A stretch of DNA of 32,637 nucleotides from an uncultured Bacilli bacterium (GTDB lineage Bacteria; Bacillota_I; Bacilli_A; RF39; UBA660), in contig CALVHJ010000001.1 of assembly GCA_944327425.1 (NCBI GenBank), positions 1 to 32,637 of the forward strand. The letters run 5' to 3'. Positions 1 through 8,429 of the stretch are shown in pieces (position 1 is the first letter of the stretch; each line of letters opens with the position of its first letter). The notes below the pieces were generated by a model. It made no database searches, was not told the DNA's origin, and saw nothing but the letters and a program-made list of their open reading frames with translations. The translations under genes and the position numbers were made by a program.

Positions 1-1
1 A

Positions 2-973
2 TATGATTGGTATGATAATGATATAACTGAAGAGAGTAATTGTGGTGCAGTATATTATGATTCCAATTATGAAATATATTACACTATGATAGAGGAAGTA
101 GGAAGTGGTACATATAGCGAAATCCCTGGCAAAACGGGTATATACGAGGGTGAAGACGATGATGGAACGACTTACTATTGGAGAGGAAATGTAGATAATA
201 ACTGGGTATCGTTCGCGGGATTCTATTGGAGAATCGTTAGGATTAACGGAAACGGAAGTATAAGACTTATCTATAGTGGTAATTCCACTAGTGGACCAGT
301 AACAATAGGCGAAGATACTCAAATAGGAACAAGTGCATTTAATAGTTCAAATGATGATAATGCCTATGTAGGATTTATGTATGGAAGTATAGGTGCAAGT
401 AGCTATGCTGAGACTCATGCTAATGTCAATAATAGTACCATATTAAATACATTAAATACATGGTATTTAAATAATATTCAAAATGCCGGATATTCATCAT
501 ATATAGATGTAGACTCTGGATTCTGTAATGATCGAACATTATATAATGGAACAGGAATTGGAACAACATATACTGTATATGCATCAGTTGAAAGAATATG
601 GACAACATATCAACCAACATTTAAATGTCAATCTAGTAATGATTTATTCACAACTAGTAATTCAAGTAATGGAAATAGAGCATTAACATATCCGATAGGA
701 CTTATTACAGCAGATGAAGAAGTGTATGGTGGCTTTTCAGTTAATGGAGGAACAACAAGCAATTATCTTTATACAGGAGAGGTTTATTGGACAATGTCTC
801 CGTATGGCTTTAACACAGGCTATGTTAGCGTGTTATCCGTGTGGTCGCCTGGCACCCTCTACAACGTCGGCGTGACTGGCACGTTCGGAGTGCGTCCTGT
901 CATCAATATATCACCTAATGTTAGAATAACTGGTTCAGGTACAATACAAGACCCTTATGTAGTGCAAACTTAA
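2..973 (+). CDS. Lectin-like surface protein, 5' end cut by the window edge; paralogue of 19215..20504
   Basis: The frame of ORF 86..973 stays open back to nt 2. Blocks shared with the paralogue: DGTTYY, FAGFYWRI(V/I)R(I/V)NG.GSIRLIY, IGTS.FNSS, YVGFMY, GFCNDRT, YPIGLITADE, YWTM(S/T)P, G(V/I)RPVIN. The C-terminal YW..SP...GVRPV layout recalls DUF1566/DUF6273-type C-type-lectin-fold modules (from memory, not searched). Confidence 0.7.
   Translation, partial: YDWYDNDITEESNCGAVYYDSNYEIYYTMIEEVGSGTYSEIPGKTGIYEGEDDDGTTYYWRGNVDNNWVSFAGFYWRIVRINGNGSIRLIYSGNSTSGPVTIGEDTQIGTSAFNSSNDDNAYVGFMYGSIGASSYAETHANVNNSTILNTLNTWYLNNIQNAGYSSYIDVDSGFCNDRTLYNGTGIGTTYTVYASVERIWTTYQPTFKCQSSNDLFTTSNSSNGNRALTYPIGLITADEEVYGGFSVNGGTTSNYLYTGEVYWTMSPYGFNTGYVSVLSVWSPGTLYNVGVTGTFGVRPVINISPNVRITGSGTIQDPYVVQT
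818..904 (+). other. Adenine-depleted GC-rich codon patch; candidate DGR variable region
   Basis: Counted by hand: A=11, T=24, G=27, C=25 in 87 nt. 19 of 29 codons lack adenine and 14 of 29 end in C. Arg is CGT here but AGA/AGG/CGA elsewhere in the ORF. No template repeat or RT lies in the window. Confidence 0.4.
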
Positions 974-1028
974 TTACTTGCCTATGCCACTTTATCCTTT
1001 ACGTGTAGGCAAGATATATATTTACTTT

Positions 1029-1051
1029 GGAGTAGTTTATCTGCTCCTTTT
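1029..1051 (+). terminator. Rho-independent terminator after the lectin-like gene
   Basis: GGAGTAG-tttat-CTGCTCC stem (7 bp, one G.U pair) followed by TTTT. Confidence 0.5.
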
Positions 1052-1078
1052 AAATTATTTAAAAACATAACTGTTAAG

Positions 1079-2053
1079 TTATGCTTTATTAATAAGAAAA
1101 TCTACTAATATATTAGGATCTTTATGATTAATTGCTATATCATAAATAATATTTATAATTGGCATTTTAATCTTTCTATTTTTTGTTAATCCTTTAATAG
1201 AGAGTAGGGTATAATAACCTTCTGTTGTATTATTATTTAAATATTCATTTATTTCTTCTTCACTTTTTCTTTCACCAAGTAATTTCCCAAATCTATAGTT
1301 TCTACTCTTAGGTGAAGATGCTGTAAGCATTAAATCACCAATCCCTGCAAAAGACATAATTGTTTTAGGGTTACATTCCATTTTTTCCAGTAATTCTTTA
1401 ATATCATGCATTGATTCAGTAATTAAGAAAGCTCTAGTTGATTCACTAAAACCTAAACCATCAAGCATACCTGATGCTATAGCTATAACATTTTTAATAC
1501 TACCACAAATTTGTGTACCATATAAATCTCTATTCTCTCTTAATTTAACTCTTTTATTACATAAAGCTAAACTAGTAAATTTAAAAGCTTTTTTAGTTGT
1601 AACAGAAGCAGATAAAGCCGCTGGTTCATTATTAATTAAATCTACAGCAAAAGTAGGACCAGATATTACACATATATGTTTAGCTTTCAATTCACTTCTA
1701 ACTATATCAGATAAAAATGAATAAGTATCATTTTCTATTCCTTTTGATGCTATACATAATGGTATTAACGGATTATAATATTTTTTCATATTACTACATG
1801 TTACTCTAACATATTTAGCCGATGTTGCTAAAACTACTAATTCAACGTTTTCTAACGCTTTTTTTAAATCACAAGTAATCTTAATACCCTTAGGTATTTT
1901 TGCTTCTGTAATCGGCTTTAAATCATGAAATTCCTTAAAATGTTTAGCCAGATTCTCATTTTCTGTCCACATTATTACTTTATGACCATTACTAGCCATA
2001 ATAAGACTTAAAGAAACACCATAAATTCCTGTTCCAATAACACCAATATTCAT
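1079..2053 (-). CDS. gpsA: NAD(P)H-dependent glycerol-3-phosphate dehydrogenase
   Basis: N-terminal Rossmann motif IGVIGTGIYG. GSIKNVIAIASGMLDGLGF and GIGDLMLT blocks match the GpsA family. The start overlaps the rarA stop (TAATG). Confidence 0.75.
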   Translation of the reverse strand: MNIGVIGTGIYGVSLSLIMASNGHKVIMWTENENLAKHFKEFHDLKPITEAKIPKGIKITCDLKKALENVELVVLATSAKYVRVTCSNMKKYYNPLIPLCIASKGIENDTYSFLSDIVRSELKAKHICVISGPTFAVDLINNEPAALSASVTTKKAFKFTSLALCNKRVKLRENRDLYGTQICGSIKNVIAIASGMLDGLGFSESTRAFLITESMHDIKELLEKMECNPKTIMSFAGIGDLMLTASSPKSRNYRFGKLLGERKSEEEINEYLNNNTTEGYYTLLSIKGLTKNRKIKMPIINIIYDIAINHKDPNILVDFLINKA

Positions 2054-3249
2054 TATTCACTCCTCATTTCATCATATAATTTATTTATATTAGTTTCATA
2101 TTTATTATTCTTTTTTATATAATATTTTTTATTCTTTAATTTATCAGGCATATACTCTTGTTTAACATAATCATTTTTATAATTATGGGGATAAACATAA
2201 AGAGGGGACCCATCAATAATATGTTTAGGAATACTACCAGCAAGTCCTTTATTAATATCATTTATCGCTGCATCAATTCCTAAATAAGTACTATTACTCT
2301 TAGGGGATAAAGCCATTTCCGTAACCACTTGCCCCAAAGGTATTCTCGCCTCTGGTAATCCAACCAATTCCGCCGCATGTATAGCTGCCATAACCTTAGG
2401 ACCAATCCCCGGATTAGCAAGTCCTATATCTTCATAAGCAATAACACTCATTCTCCTATATATACTATCTAAATCACCTGCTACAATAAGCCTAGCTAAA
2501 TAATGTAGAGCTGCATCAACATCACTTCCTCTAATAGACTTTTGAAAAGCACTCAAAACTTGATAATGCCCATCTTCATCTTTATCATGAAAAAACACCG
2601 GCTTATTATTAATTTTTTTTACTTCTTCAATTGTTACATTATGATTATCTGTTGCATAATAGGCAACTTCCAAGGTATTTAATGCCGATCTAAAATCACC
2701 TGATGAAAGAGTAGCAATATATTTTAAAGTTTCCTCATCAATTTTTAAATCCGGTAAATACTCATAAGCTTTCTTCATACCCAAAACAATATCATTAACA
2801 CTTAATTCTTTTAATTCATATATCACACATCTACTTCTAATCGCCGGATTAATTTTATGATAGGGATTAGAAGTTGTAAGTCCTATTAAAATAATTAAAC
2901 CTGATTCAATATGAGGTAATAATATATCTTGTTTATCTTTATTCATCCGATGAATCTCATCAATAACTAATATCATTTCTCCATACATTTTAGCTTCCTC
3001 TATCGCTATATCAAAATCAGCTTTATTATTTGTTGTCGCATTTAAAAACTTAGATCGAATATTAAGTTCTTTAATTAAAGCATTAGCAATACTTGTCTTT
3101 CCAATTCCTGGTTTTCCATATAAAATCATCGAAAAAATTTTGCCATTTCTAACCAAATTAGTTAAAACTTTACCTTCACCGATTAAATGCTTTTGTCCTA
3201 CAACTTCATCTAGTGTTTTAGGCCTTAATTTATTTGCTAGTAATTCCAT
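2053..3249 (-). CDS. rarA: Replication-associated recombination protein A (MgsA/RarA AAA+ ATPase), copy 1
   Basis: Walker A GKPGIGKTS, Walker B VIDEIHR, and MgsA lid block HYQVLSAFQKSIRGSDVDAALHYLARL. The track start at 3258 is GTG. The ATG at 3249 lies 5 nt after AGGTGA and gives MELLANKLRP. Confidence 0.8.
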   Translation of the reverse strand: MELLANKLRPKTLDEVVGQKHLIGEGKVLTNLVRNGKIFSMILYGKPGIGKTSIANALIKELNIRSKFLNATTNNKADFDIAIEEAKMYGEMILVIDEIHRMNKDKQDILLPHIESGLIILIGLTTSNPYHKINPAIRSRCVIYELKELSVNDIVLGMKKAYEYLPDLKIDEETLKYIATLSSGDFRSALNTLEVAYYATDNHNVTIEEVKKINNKPVFFHDKDEDGHYQVLSAFQKSIRGSDVDAALHYLARLIVAGDLDSIYRRMSVIAYEDIGLANPGIGPKVMAAIHAAELVGLPEARIPLGQVVTEMALSPKSNSTYLGIDAAINDINKGLAGSIPKHIIDGSPLYVYPHNYKNDYVKQEYMPDKLKNKKYYIKKNNKYETNINKLYDEMRSE

Positions 3250-3361
3250 ATTCTTCACCTGTAATTTAATTATATCATTTTTTTCCTAATAATAGTATAA
3301 GATACAATTGTACGTATGTCAATATTTATTTTTTTGTGATATAATTATTATAGGTGATAAT

Positions 3362-4279
3362 ATGAATTGTAAAGAATTAGAAGAAGTATATAAAACTAAT
3401 CATGAATTAGCTCAATATATTAATGAATATTTAAATACAGAGTATAACACTAGCAAAAACACCATAACTTCATATGCTACAGATATTTGTTTATTAGCCA
3501 AATACTATCCCCATAAAAACATTAAAAATTTAAAAAAAGAAGATATCCAAGAATATTTACGTCTTCAAAATAAATCTAGCAAAACCAAAGCTCGTTATTT
3601 AACATCTATCAATAATTATTATAAATATTTAATTTATAATAACGTCATAAATATAAATCCTTGTGATGGTATTAAAATGCCTAAACTAGAAAAAAAATTA
3701 CCTGATTATTTAACTATCGAAGAAGTAAATAATCTCTTAGATATTCGCTCTAGTTCTGCATATGATTTACGGAATAAAGCTATGCTTGAAGTATTATATG
3801 CTACCGGTATGCGTATAAGCGAATTATGTAATTTAACAATGAGTAATTTATTTTTAGAAGATGCACTTATTAAAGTATTTGGTAAAGGTAGCAAAGAAAG
3901 ATTAGTACCTATTAATGATATAGCTATTAATGCTTTAGAAGAATACTTAAAATTTGGTCGTAATGAACTTTTAGGAACTAAAGACAGTGAATATGTTTTT
4001 ATTAGTTCTAGACACACTAAAATAACTAGACAAGCTTTCTTTAAATACCTAAAAAAATTATGCGTAGAAAAGGGAATAAAAAAGAATATAAGCCCTCACA
4101 TTCTAAGACATTCCTTTGCTACTCATCTTCTTAATAATGGAGCTGATTTAAGAGTTGTCCAAGAACTTTTAGGTCACAGTGATATATCTACAACTCAAAT
4201 ATATACCCACTTATCTAATGAAAAACTAGAGCAAGAATACGATAAACATCCTTTAATGCACGAAAAAAGCCACCATTAA
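3362..4279 (+). CDS. Tyrosine recombinase, XerC/XerD family
   Basis: C-terminal catalytic block HILRHSFATHLLNNGADLRVVQELLGHSDISTTQIYTH and N-terminal SAM-like core-binding region. The track start at 3308 is TTG. The ATG at 3362 follows AGGTGA. Confidence 0.8.
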   Translation: MNCKELEEVYKTNHELAQYINEYLNTEYNTSKNTITSYATDICLLAKYYPHKNIKNLKKEDIQEYLRLQNKSSKTKARYLTSINNYYKYLIYNNVININPCDGIKMPKLEKKLPDYLTIEEVNNLLDIRSSSAYDLRNKAMLEVLYATGMRISELCNLTMSNLFLEDALIKVFGKGSKERLVPINDIAINALEEYLKFGRNELLGTKDSEYVFISSRHTKITRQAFFKYLKKLCVEKGIKKNISPHILRHSFATHLLNNGADLRVVQELLGHSDISTTQIYTHLSNEKLEQEYDKHPLMHEKSHH

Positions 4280-4293
4280 GTCGTGGCTTTTTT
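4263..4293. terminator. Bidirectional rho-independent terminator
   Basis: AAAAAAGCCAC-cattaagtc-GTGGCTTTTTT. The A-run and T-run flank the stem, so it can act for xer (+) and for the small minus-strand ORF. Confidence 0.6.
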
Positions 4294-4294
4294 A

Positions 4295-4414
4295 CTAGCG
4301 AGATTCTCTATTAGCTTTAGAACTTCTTTCGCTTCTAGAGTTTCTAGATTCGCTTCTTGAATTTCTACAATTCTTACTATTTCTAGAGTTTTTATTTTCT
4401 CTATTATTTTTCAT
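4295..4414 (-). CDS. 39-aa highly basic Arg/Ser/Asn-rich peptide (not in the ORF track)
   Basis: ATG lies 8 nt after GGGAGGG. Translation: MKNNRENKNSRNSKNCRNSRSESRNSRSERSSKANRESR, ending at TAG TAA. It lies between the helicase stop and the terminator at 4263..4293. Confidence 0.35.
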   Translation of the reverse strand: MKNNRENKNSRNSKNCRNSRSESRNSRSERSSKANRESR

Positions 4415-4486
4415 TATTTTCCCTCCCACTATTATTATGGTTAAAGATACCTAATTCATTCTTAAATAATGATGGTAATAATTGGC

Positions 4487-7400
4487 TTATATCTTAGAAG
4501 ATAACCCTTTATTAGTAGGATGCAAAACCGGGTACTTTCCTTTAGTTTGAAACAAATATTCCTTATCGATTAAATAATATATTATTTGTTCAAGATATTT
4601 TGTACTAATATTATGATATAAACCAAAATAAGGGGATAAATCTAAACCATTTTCTCTTATTTTTTTAGAGTTAGATCCTCTAAATATTTGAATATATGTC
4701 GTAACGCCAAAAAATTTCTTTTCACTTACTTGATTAATACAATTTAAAATATTTTGGATCATAGAGGCTTCATTATCTAAGAATGTATCTATATATTCTT
4801 TTTTAGGACTGTGTTCCACCATATTTTCTTGATAATTGTAATGATGCATCCGATAATAATTTCTTTTAGAAATAAATTTAGCACAACCACTACGATTAGG
4901 CTTATAATTTGTACATCCCAAAAAGAAAGTGTGTAAATTACGATTTTCTTTTACTATTAAATAGCCATCCTGACACATATTACATTTTAGAATTGCCATT
5001 TTCTCGCCTTTTAAATTATTTGTCATAAACCCACATAATTCTGGTTCGTTTGTACAAATATAAAGCACCATTCCCAAACCATATTTATATCTTCTTTGAA
5101 GGGGATACCCACAAATAGGGCAAGTATATTTTTTATCATTTCTAACTTCATCATTCCAATTACCTTTTAAAACAATGTTTTTATAATCATTTTTAAGTTC
5201 CAAAAGAAATTCTGAAGGATTTGCCTCAGGGGCTATAAAGAAAACTCTATTTTTAGTTCGTGTCATAGCTACATAAAATAATCTTCTTTCCTCTGCATAT
5301 AAAATTCCTTCATCTTTTTTTATGACAAAATCTAAAACTGGATCATCTTCAATTTTTGATGGAAAACCATACATTTCATTTTTTCCATTTATAACAATTA
5401 CATTATCATACCCTAATCCCTTTGAAGAATGAACAGTCATAAAAGTAATATTTAAATAGGGGTATTTTAGTGATTTTAACTTACCTTTACTACTGTATTC
5501 AAACAATCCTGTTTTCTCTAAATGATCAGCATCAAAGCCAAACCTACCTAACACTAATATTTTTTCATCTCTAAAATTCTTATGTTCTTCTTGATCATAT
5601 TTTTTAATATCATCTAAAGCATATTCTAAGGCTTTTGCTATATTATAATTTCTACCAGCCTTATTATTATCATAAGTTTTCTTATAAGAGCTATCATATG
5701 TATAGATTATTACAGGATCTTTAATAGTTTTAGGTGATTTTAGAGTTTTTTTAATTTGATTATGATTTTTTTGAACAAAATTACCAGCAATATCAATTAT
5801 TTCTTGACTATTACGATAAGTGTTTTCAATTTTTAATAATTCCCCATATCCCATTTTTTCTTTAAACTTCGTAAATAATTCAATATCTGAACCACTAAAA
5901 GCATAAATAGACTGCCAATCATCTCCAACTGTCATAATTTTCGCCTCGGTAATGTCACTCAAAGCTTTAGTTAAATCAAAACGTTGCTTAGATATATCTT
6001 GATATTCATCGACAATAATATATTTAAAACCTAAATAATTTTTCTTCTCTTTAGCTTCTTTTAAAAGTTTAGCGGACTCATTTATCATATCACAAAAATC
6101 TATCATATTATTTTCTTTTAAATATTTTTGATATTCTAAATAACAGCTACTACATATCTTTAAAAACAATTGTGTCCGAACATTTTTAGTTTTACGACTC
6201 ATTTTATCAAAATCACTATAAATATATCCGTTTACTTTAAAATTAGAGATAAATCGACATATCAAAGAAATAAGTTTGCGTATATATCTATTTTCTTCGG
6301 TAGCTAAAAGATGTTCCATTACTTCCTTATCATCTTTTCTTTTCAAAACAAACCCATTTTTAATTAATAAATCCTCAAGATGTTCTATAATCGATTTACC
6401 ATCATTATATTTAGAAAAAGTATAAATTAAATTGGTATGATGAATATTATGAAGTCTTATTTTATCATTAATACATTTTTTATATTGTTCTAACTTTTCT
6501 GAGGCAAAAAAAGAACTGTTTCCATTTTCGCTAATTCCAAAATGTTCTAAATAAAAGGTAAGGTTATTTTGTTTAATAATAAAATCCGGTGTATAAGGTT
6601 TATTACTATTTTTAAGTTTATAAGGATATACTGGCTCATATTGATAATCGATATTATGTAAATAAAGATAATTAGCAATTATAACTTCTTCTCTAGATCT
6701 TACAAGTTCATTGGCAATAGTAATATTTCGATTAGTTCGCTTATTAATTATTTCTTTATGATAATCATTTAATTCACTTTTTAAAGTAGAGTAGGGGTTG
6801 TTAAGACTCTGGAAGAACGCTACAAGATCATCATCATTCATATAATCAACATCAAAATAAGAGGCAAAAAACAATATAATAGTTCTTAACAATGACTCAT
6901 TTTTAATTATTTTTTCTTTAAAATAGTCTCCTATAACATAATAAATTTTAGCTTCACTTACAACGGTAGGTTCTTTTGGACTATCCTTTTTTAATATAGA
7001 ATAACCTGTTGCATGAAAAGTAGTAATAGGGCAATTTATATTAAGAGCTTTATTTATTTTTTCTTTTAATTCTAAAACAGCTTTATTAGTAAAAGATATA
7101 ATTAATATTTCCTCAGGTTTAATTTTCTTTTTTTCAATTAAATATTTAACTTTAGCAGCAATAGTAGTAGTTTTACCGGCTCCTGCACCAGCAATAACTA
7201 AAGTATAATCTTCATCACTCAAAACAACTTTTCTTTGCTCGTTATCTAAAATAATATTAGGATCAACATCTTTAAGTATTTCATCTAAATAAGTTTTATT
7301 TGTATTTAGCATTTTTCTAATATAATCATTATTTCTGTTAGTCATTAAACTTTCAATATTAGCATAAACATTAATAAACTTAAAAGCATCATCTACCAAA

Positions 7401-7579
7401 ATATTATTTTTATGACAATATTCAGTCAAAATATCCTTATTTTTTAGAAAAACTAACTCTTCATATGTTTTTCTAAATTTATTTAAAAGATTTAAATATT
7501 TTTTATGGGATACGTAATCCGGAATATCTACTAATGTTTTTTGTTCTCTTATAAATCTTAATATTTCCTCTTTATCCAT
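4487..7579 (-). CDS. Helicase IV (HelD)-like UvrD-family SF1 helicase with nuclease-like insert, two Zn-ribbons and a C-terminal winged helix
   Basis: SF1 motifs AGAGAGKTTT, DEYQD, GDDWQSIY, YRNS, VHSSKG and YVAMTRT. The insert is REEVIIANYL...YTPDFII...YLEHFG. Cys clusters are CPICG...CTNEPELCG and CNMCQ...CTNYKPNRSGC. The tail resembles a RecQ-type wHTH. Confidence 0.8.
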   Translation of the reverse strand: MDKEEILRFIREQKTLVDIPDYVSHKKYLNLLNKFRKTYEELVFLKNKDILTEYCHKNNILVDDAFKFINVYANIESLMTNRNNDYIRKMLNTNKTYLDEILKDVDPNIILDNEQRKVVLSDEDYTLVIAGAGAGKTTTIAAKVKYLIEKKKIKPEEILIISFTNKAVLELKEKINKALNINCPITTFHATGYSILKKDSPKEPTVVSEAKIYYVIGDYFKEKIIKNESLLRTIILFFASYFDVDYMNDDDLVAFFQSLNNPYSTLKSELNDYHKEIINKRTNRNITIANELVRSREEVIIANYLYLHNIDYQYEPVYPYKLKNSNKPYTPDFIIKQNNLTFYLEHFGISENGNSSFFASEKLEQYKKCINDKIRLHNIHHTNLIYTFSKYNDGKSIIEHLEDLLIKNGFVLKRKDDKEVMEHLLATEENRYIRKLISLICRFISNFKVNGYIYSDFDKMSRKTKNVRTQLFLKICSSCYLEYQKYLKENNMIDFCDMINESAKLLKEAKEKKNYLGFKYIIVDEYQDISKQRFDLTKALSDITEAKIMTVGDDWQSIYAFSGSDIELFTKFKEKMGYGELLKIENTYRNSQEIIDIAGNFVQKNHNQIKKTLKSPKTIKDPVIIYTYDSSYKKTYDNNKAGRNYNIAKALEYALDDIKKYDQEEHKNFRDEKILVLGRFGFDADHLEKTGLFEYSSKGKLKSLKYPYLNITFMTVHSSKGLGYDNVIVINGKNEMYGFPSKIEDDPVLDFVIKKDEGILYAEERRLFYVAMTRTKNRVFFIAPEANPSEFLLELKNDYKNIVLKGNWNDEVRNDKKYTCPICGYPLQRRYKYGLGMVLYICTNEPELCGFMTNNLKGEKMAILKCNMCQDGYLIVKENRNLHTFFLGCTNYKPNRSGCAKFISKRNYYRMHHYNYQENMVEHSPKKEYIDTFLDNEASMIQNILNCINQVSEKKFFGVTTYIQIFRGSNSKKIRENGLDLSPYFGLYHNISTKYLEQIIYYLIDKEYLFQTKGKYPVLHPTNKGLSSKI

Positions 7580-7640
7580 AACTCTTCACCCCTAAAATTT
7601 GCTATTAATATAACATATAATTGATAGATTTGCAAATAAT

Positions 7641-7655
7641 TGTTAAATTTTAACA
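7641..7655. promoter_or_regulatory. Perfect 7-1-7 palindrome, candidate Fur-family (Zur-like) operator upstream of zupT
   Basis: TGTTAAA-T-TTTAACA lies about 22 nt upstream of the zupT ATG and overlaps a possible TTGATA-N17-TAAATT promoter. Fur, PerR and Zur boxes have 7-1-7 architecture. Confidence 0.35.
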
Positions 7656-7676
7656 TAAGATTTAATGGGTGATAAT

Positions 7677-8429
7677 ATGCAGTTAGCTATATCCTTACTT
7701 ATTTCTACTATTGCGGGCTTATCAACTATGCTAGGGGCTTTAGTAATATTTTTTAAATTTAAAGAAAATAATATTAACAAGTTTATAACCTTTTCCTTAG
7801 CATTTTCTTTAGCTATAATGATAGGAATTAGTATAACTGATTTAATACCCGAATCTACATATAAGCTTCTTTTAAATTATGGAATAGAAAAGGGGATAAT
7901 TTATTCCTTAATTACTTTTATTTTAGGAATAATAACCATTAAATATTTACATCAGTTAATGAATAAAACAGAACAAAAAAATGATTTATATAAACTCGGA
8001 ATATTAAATATGTTAGCTTTAATTTTACATAATTTCCCAGAAGGAATAGCTACTTTTATGAGTTCCTATAAAGACACAGAACTAGGCATTAAACTAGCTA
8101 TTGCCATTGCTTTTCACAATATTCCTGAAGGAATATCTATAGCCGTTCCCATTTATTATGCTACCAAGTCTAAAAAAAGTGCCATAATAAAAACGTTTCT
8201 ATCAGGCATTGCTGAACCCATAGGAGCCTGTTTTGCCTACATATTCTTAAGTAAATATATAACAGACACTTTAATTAGTATCATTCTTTTATTAGTTGGC
8301 GGTATAATGATAACTCTTGCCATAGAAATAATATTACCTAAAGCTAAAAAATATAATTTAAATAAATATTTATATCTAGGATTACTAATAGGAACAGTAC
8401 TTATTTTATTTAACTATTTTTGCTTTTAA
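7677..8429 (+). CDS. zupT: ZIP-family zinc transporter ZupT
   Basis: Multi-pass membrane protein with the paired ZIP motifs HNFPEGIATF and HNIPEGISIAVP. The ATG at 7677 follows GGGTGA. Confidence 0.75.
   Translation: MQLAISLLISTIAGLSTMLGALVIFFKFKENNINKFITFSLAFSLAIMIGISITDLIPESTYKLLLNYGIEKGIIYSLITFILGIITIKYLHQLMNKTEQKNDLYKLGILNMLALILHNFPEGIATFMSSYKDTELGIKLAIAIAFHNIPEGISIAVPIYYATKSKKSAIIKTFLSGIAEPIGACFAYIFLSKYITDTLISIILLLVGGIMITLAIEIILPKAKKYNLNKYLYLGLLIGTVLILFNYFCF

Noticed and set aside
426-620. Short antisense ORFs in the track: 426..620, 3706..4017, 9924..10127, 13106..13318, 14474..14662, 17155..17403, 19565..19759, 22551..22739, 23772..23978, 25126..25344, 25969..26217, 28666..29016
   Set aside because: Each lies inside or across a longer, motif-supported CDS on the opposite strand, or across a terminator. 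They have low-complexity, AT-codon-driven composition (I/L/F/Y/N/K rich), no RBS and no recognisable motifs. Such ORFs are expected by chance in AT-rich DNA.
977-1013. Hairpin after the lectin-like gene as the DGR target-recognition cruciform
   Set aside because: It lies about 70 nt beyond the adenine-depleted patch rather than immediately after it, and it has a 21-nt loop. It cannot be distinguished from an ordinary structured 3' UTR, so it is only mentioned within the DGR finding.
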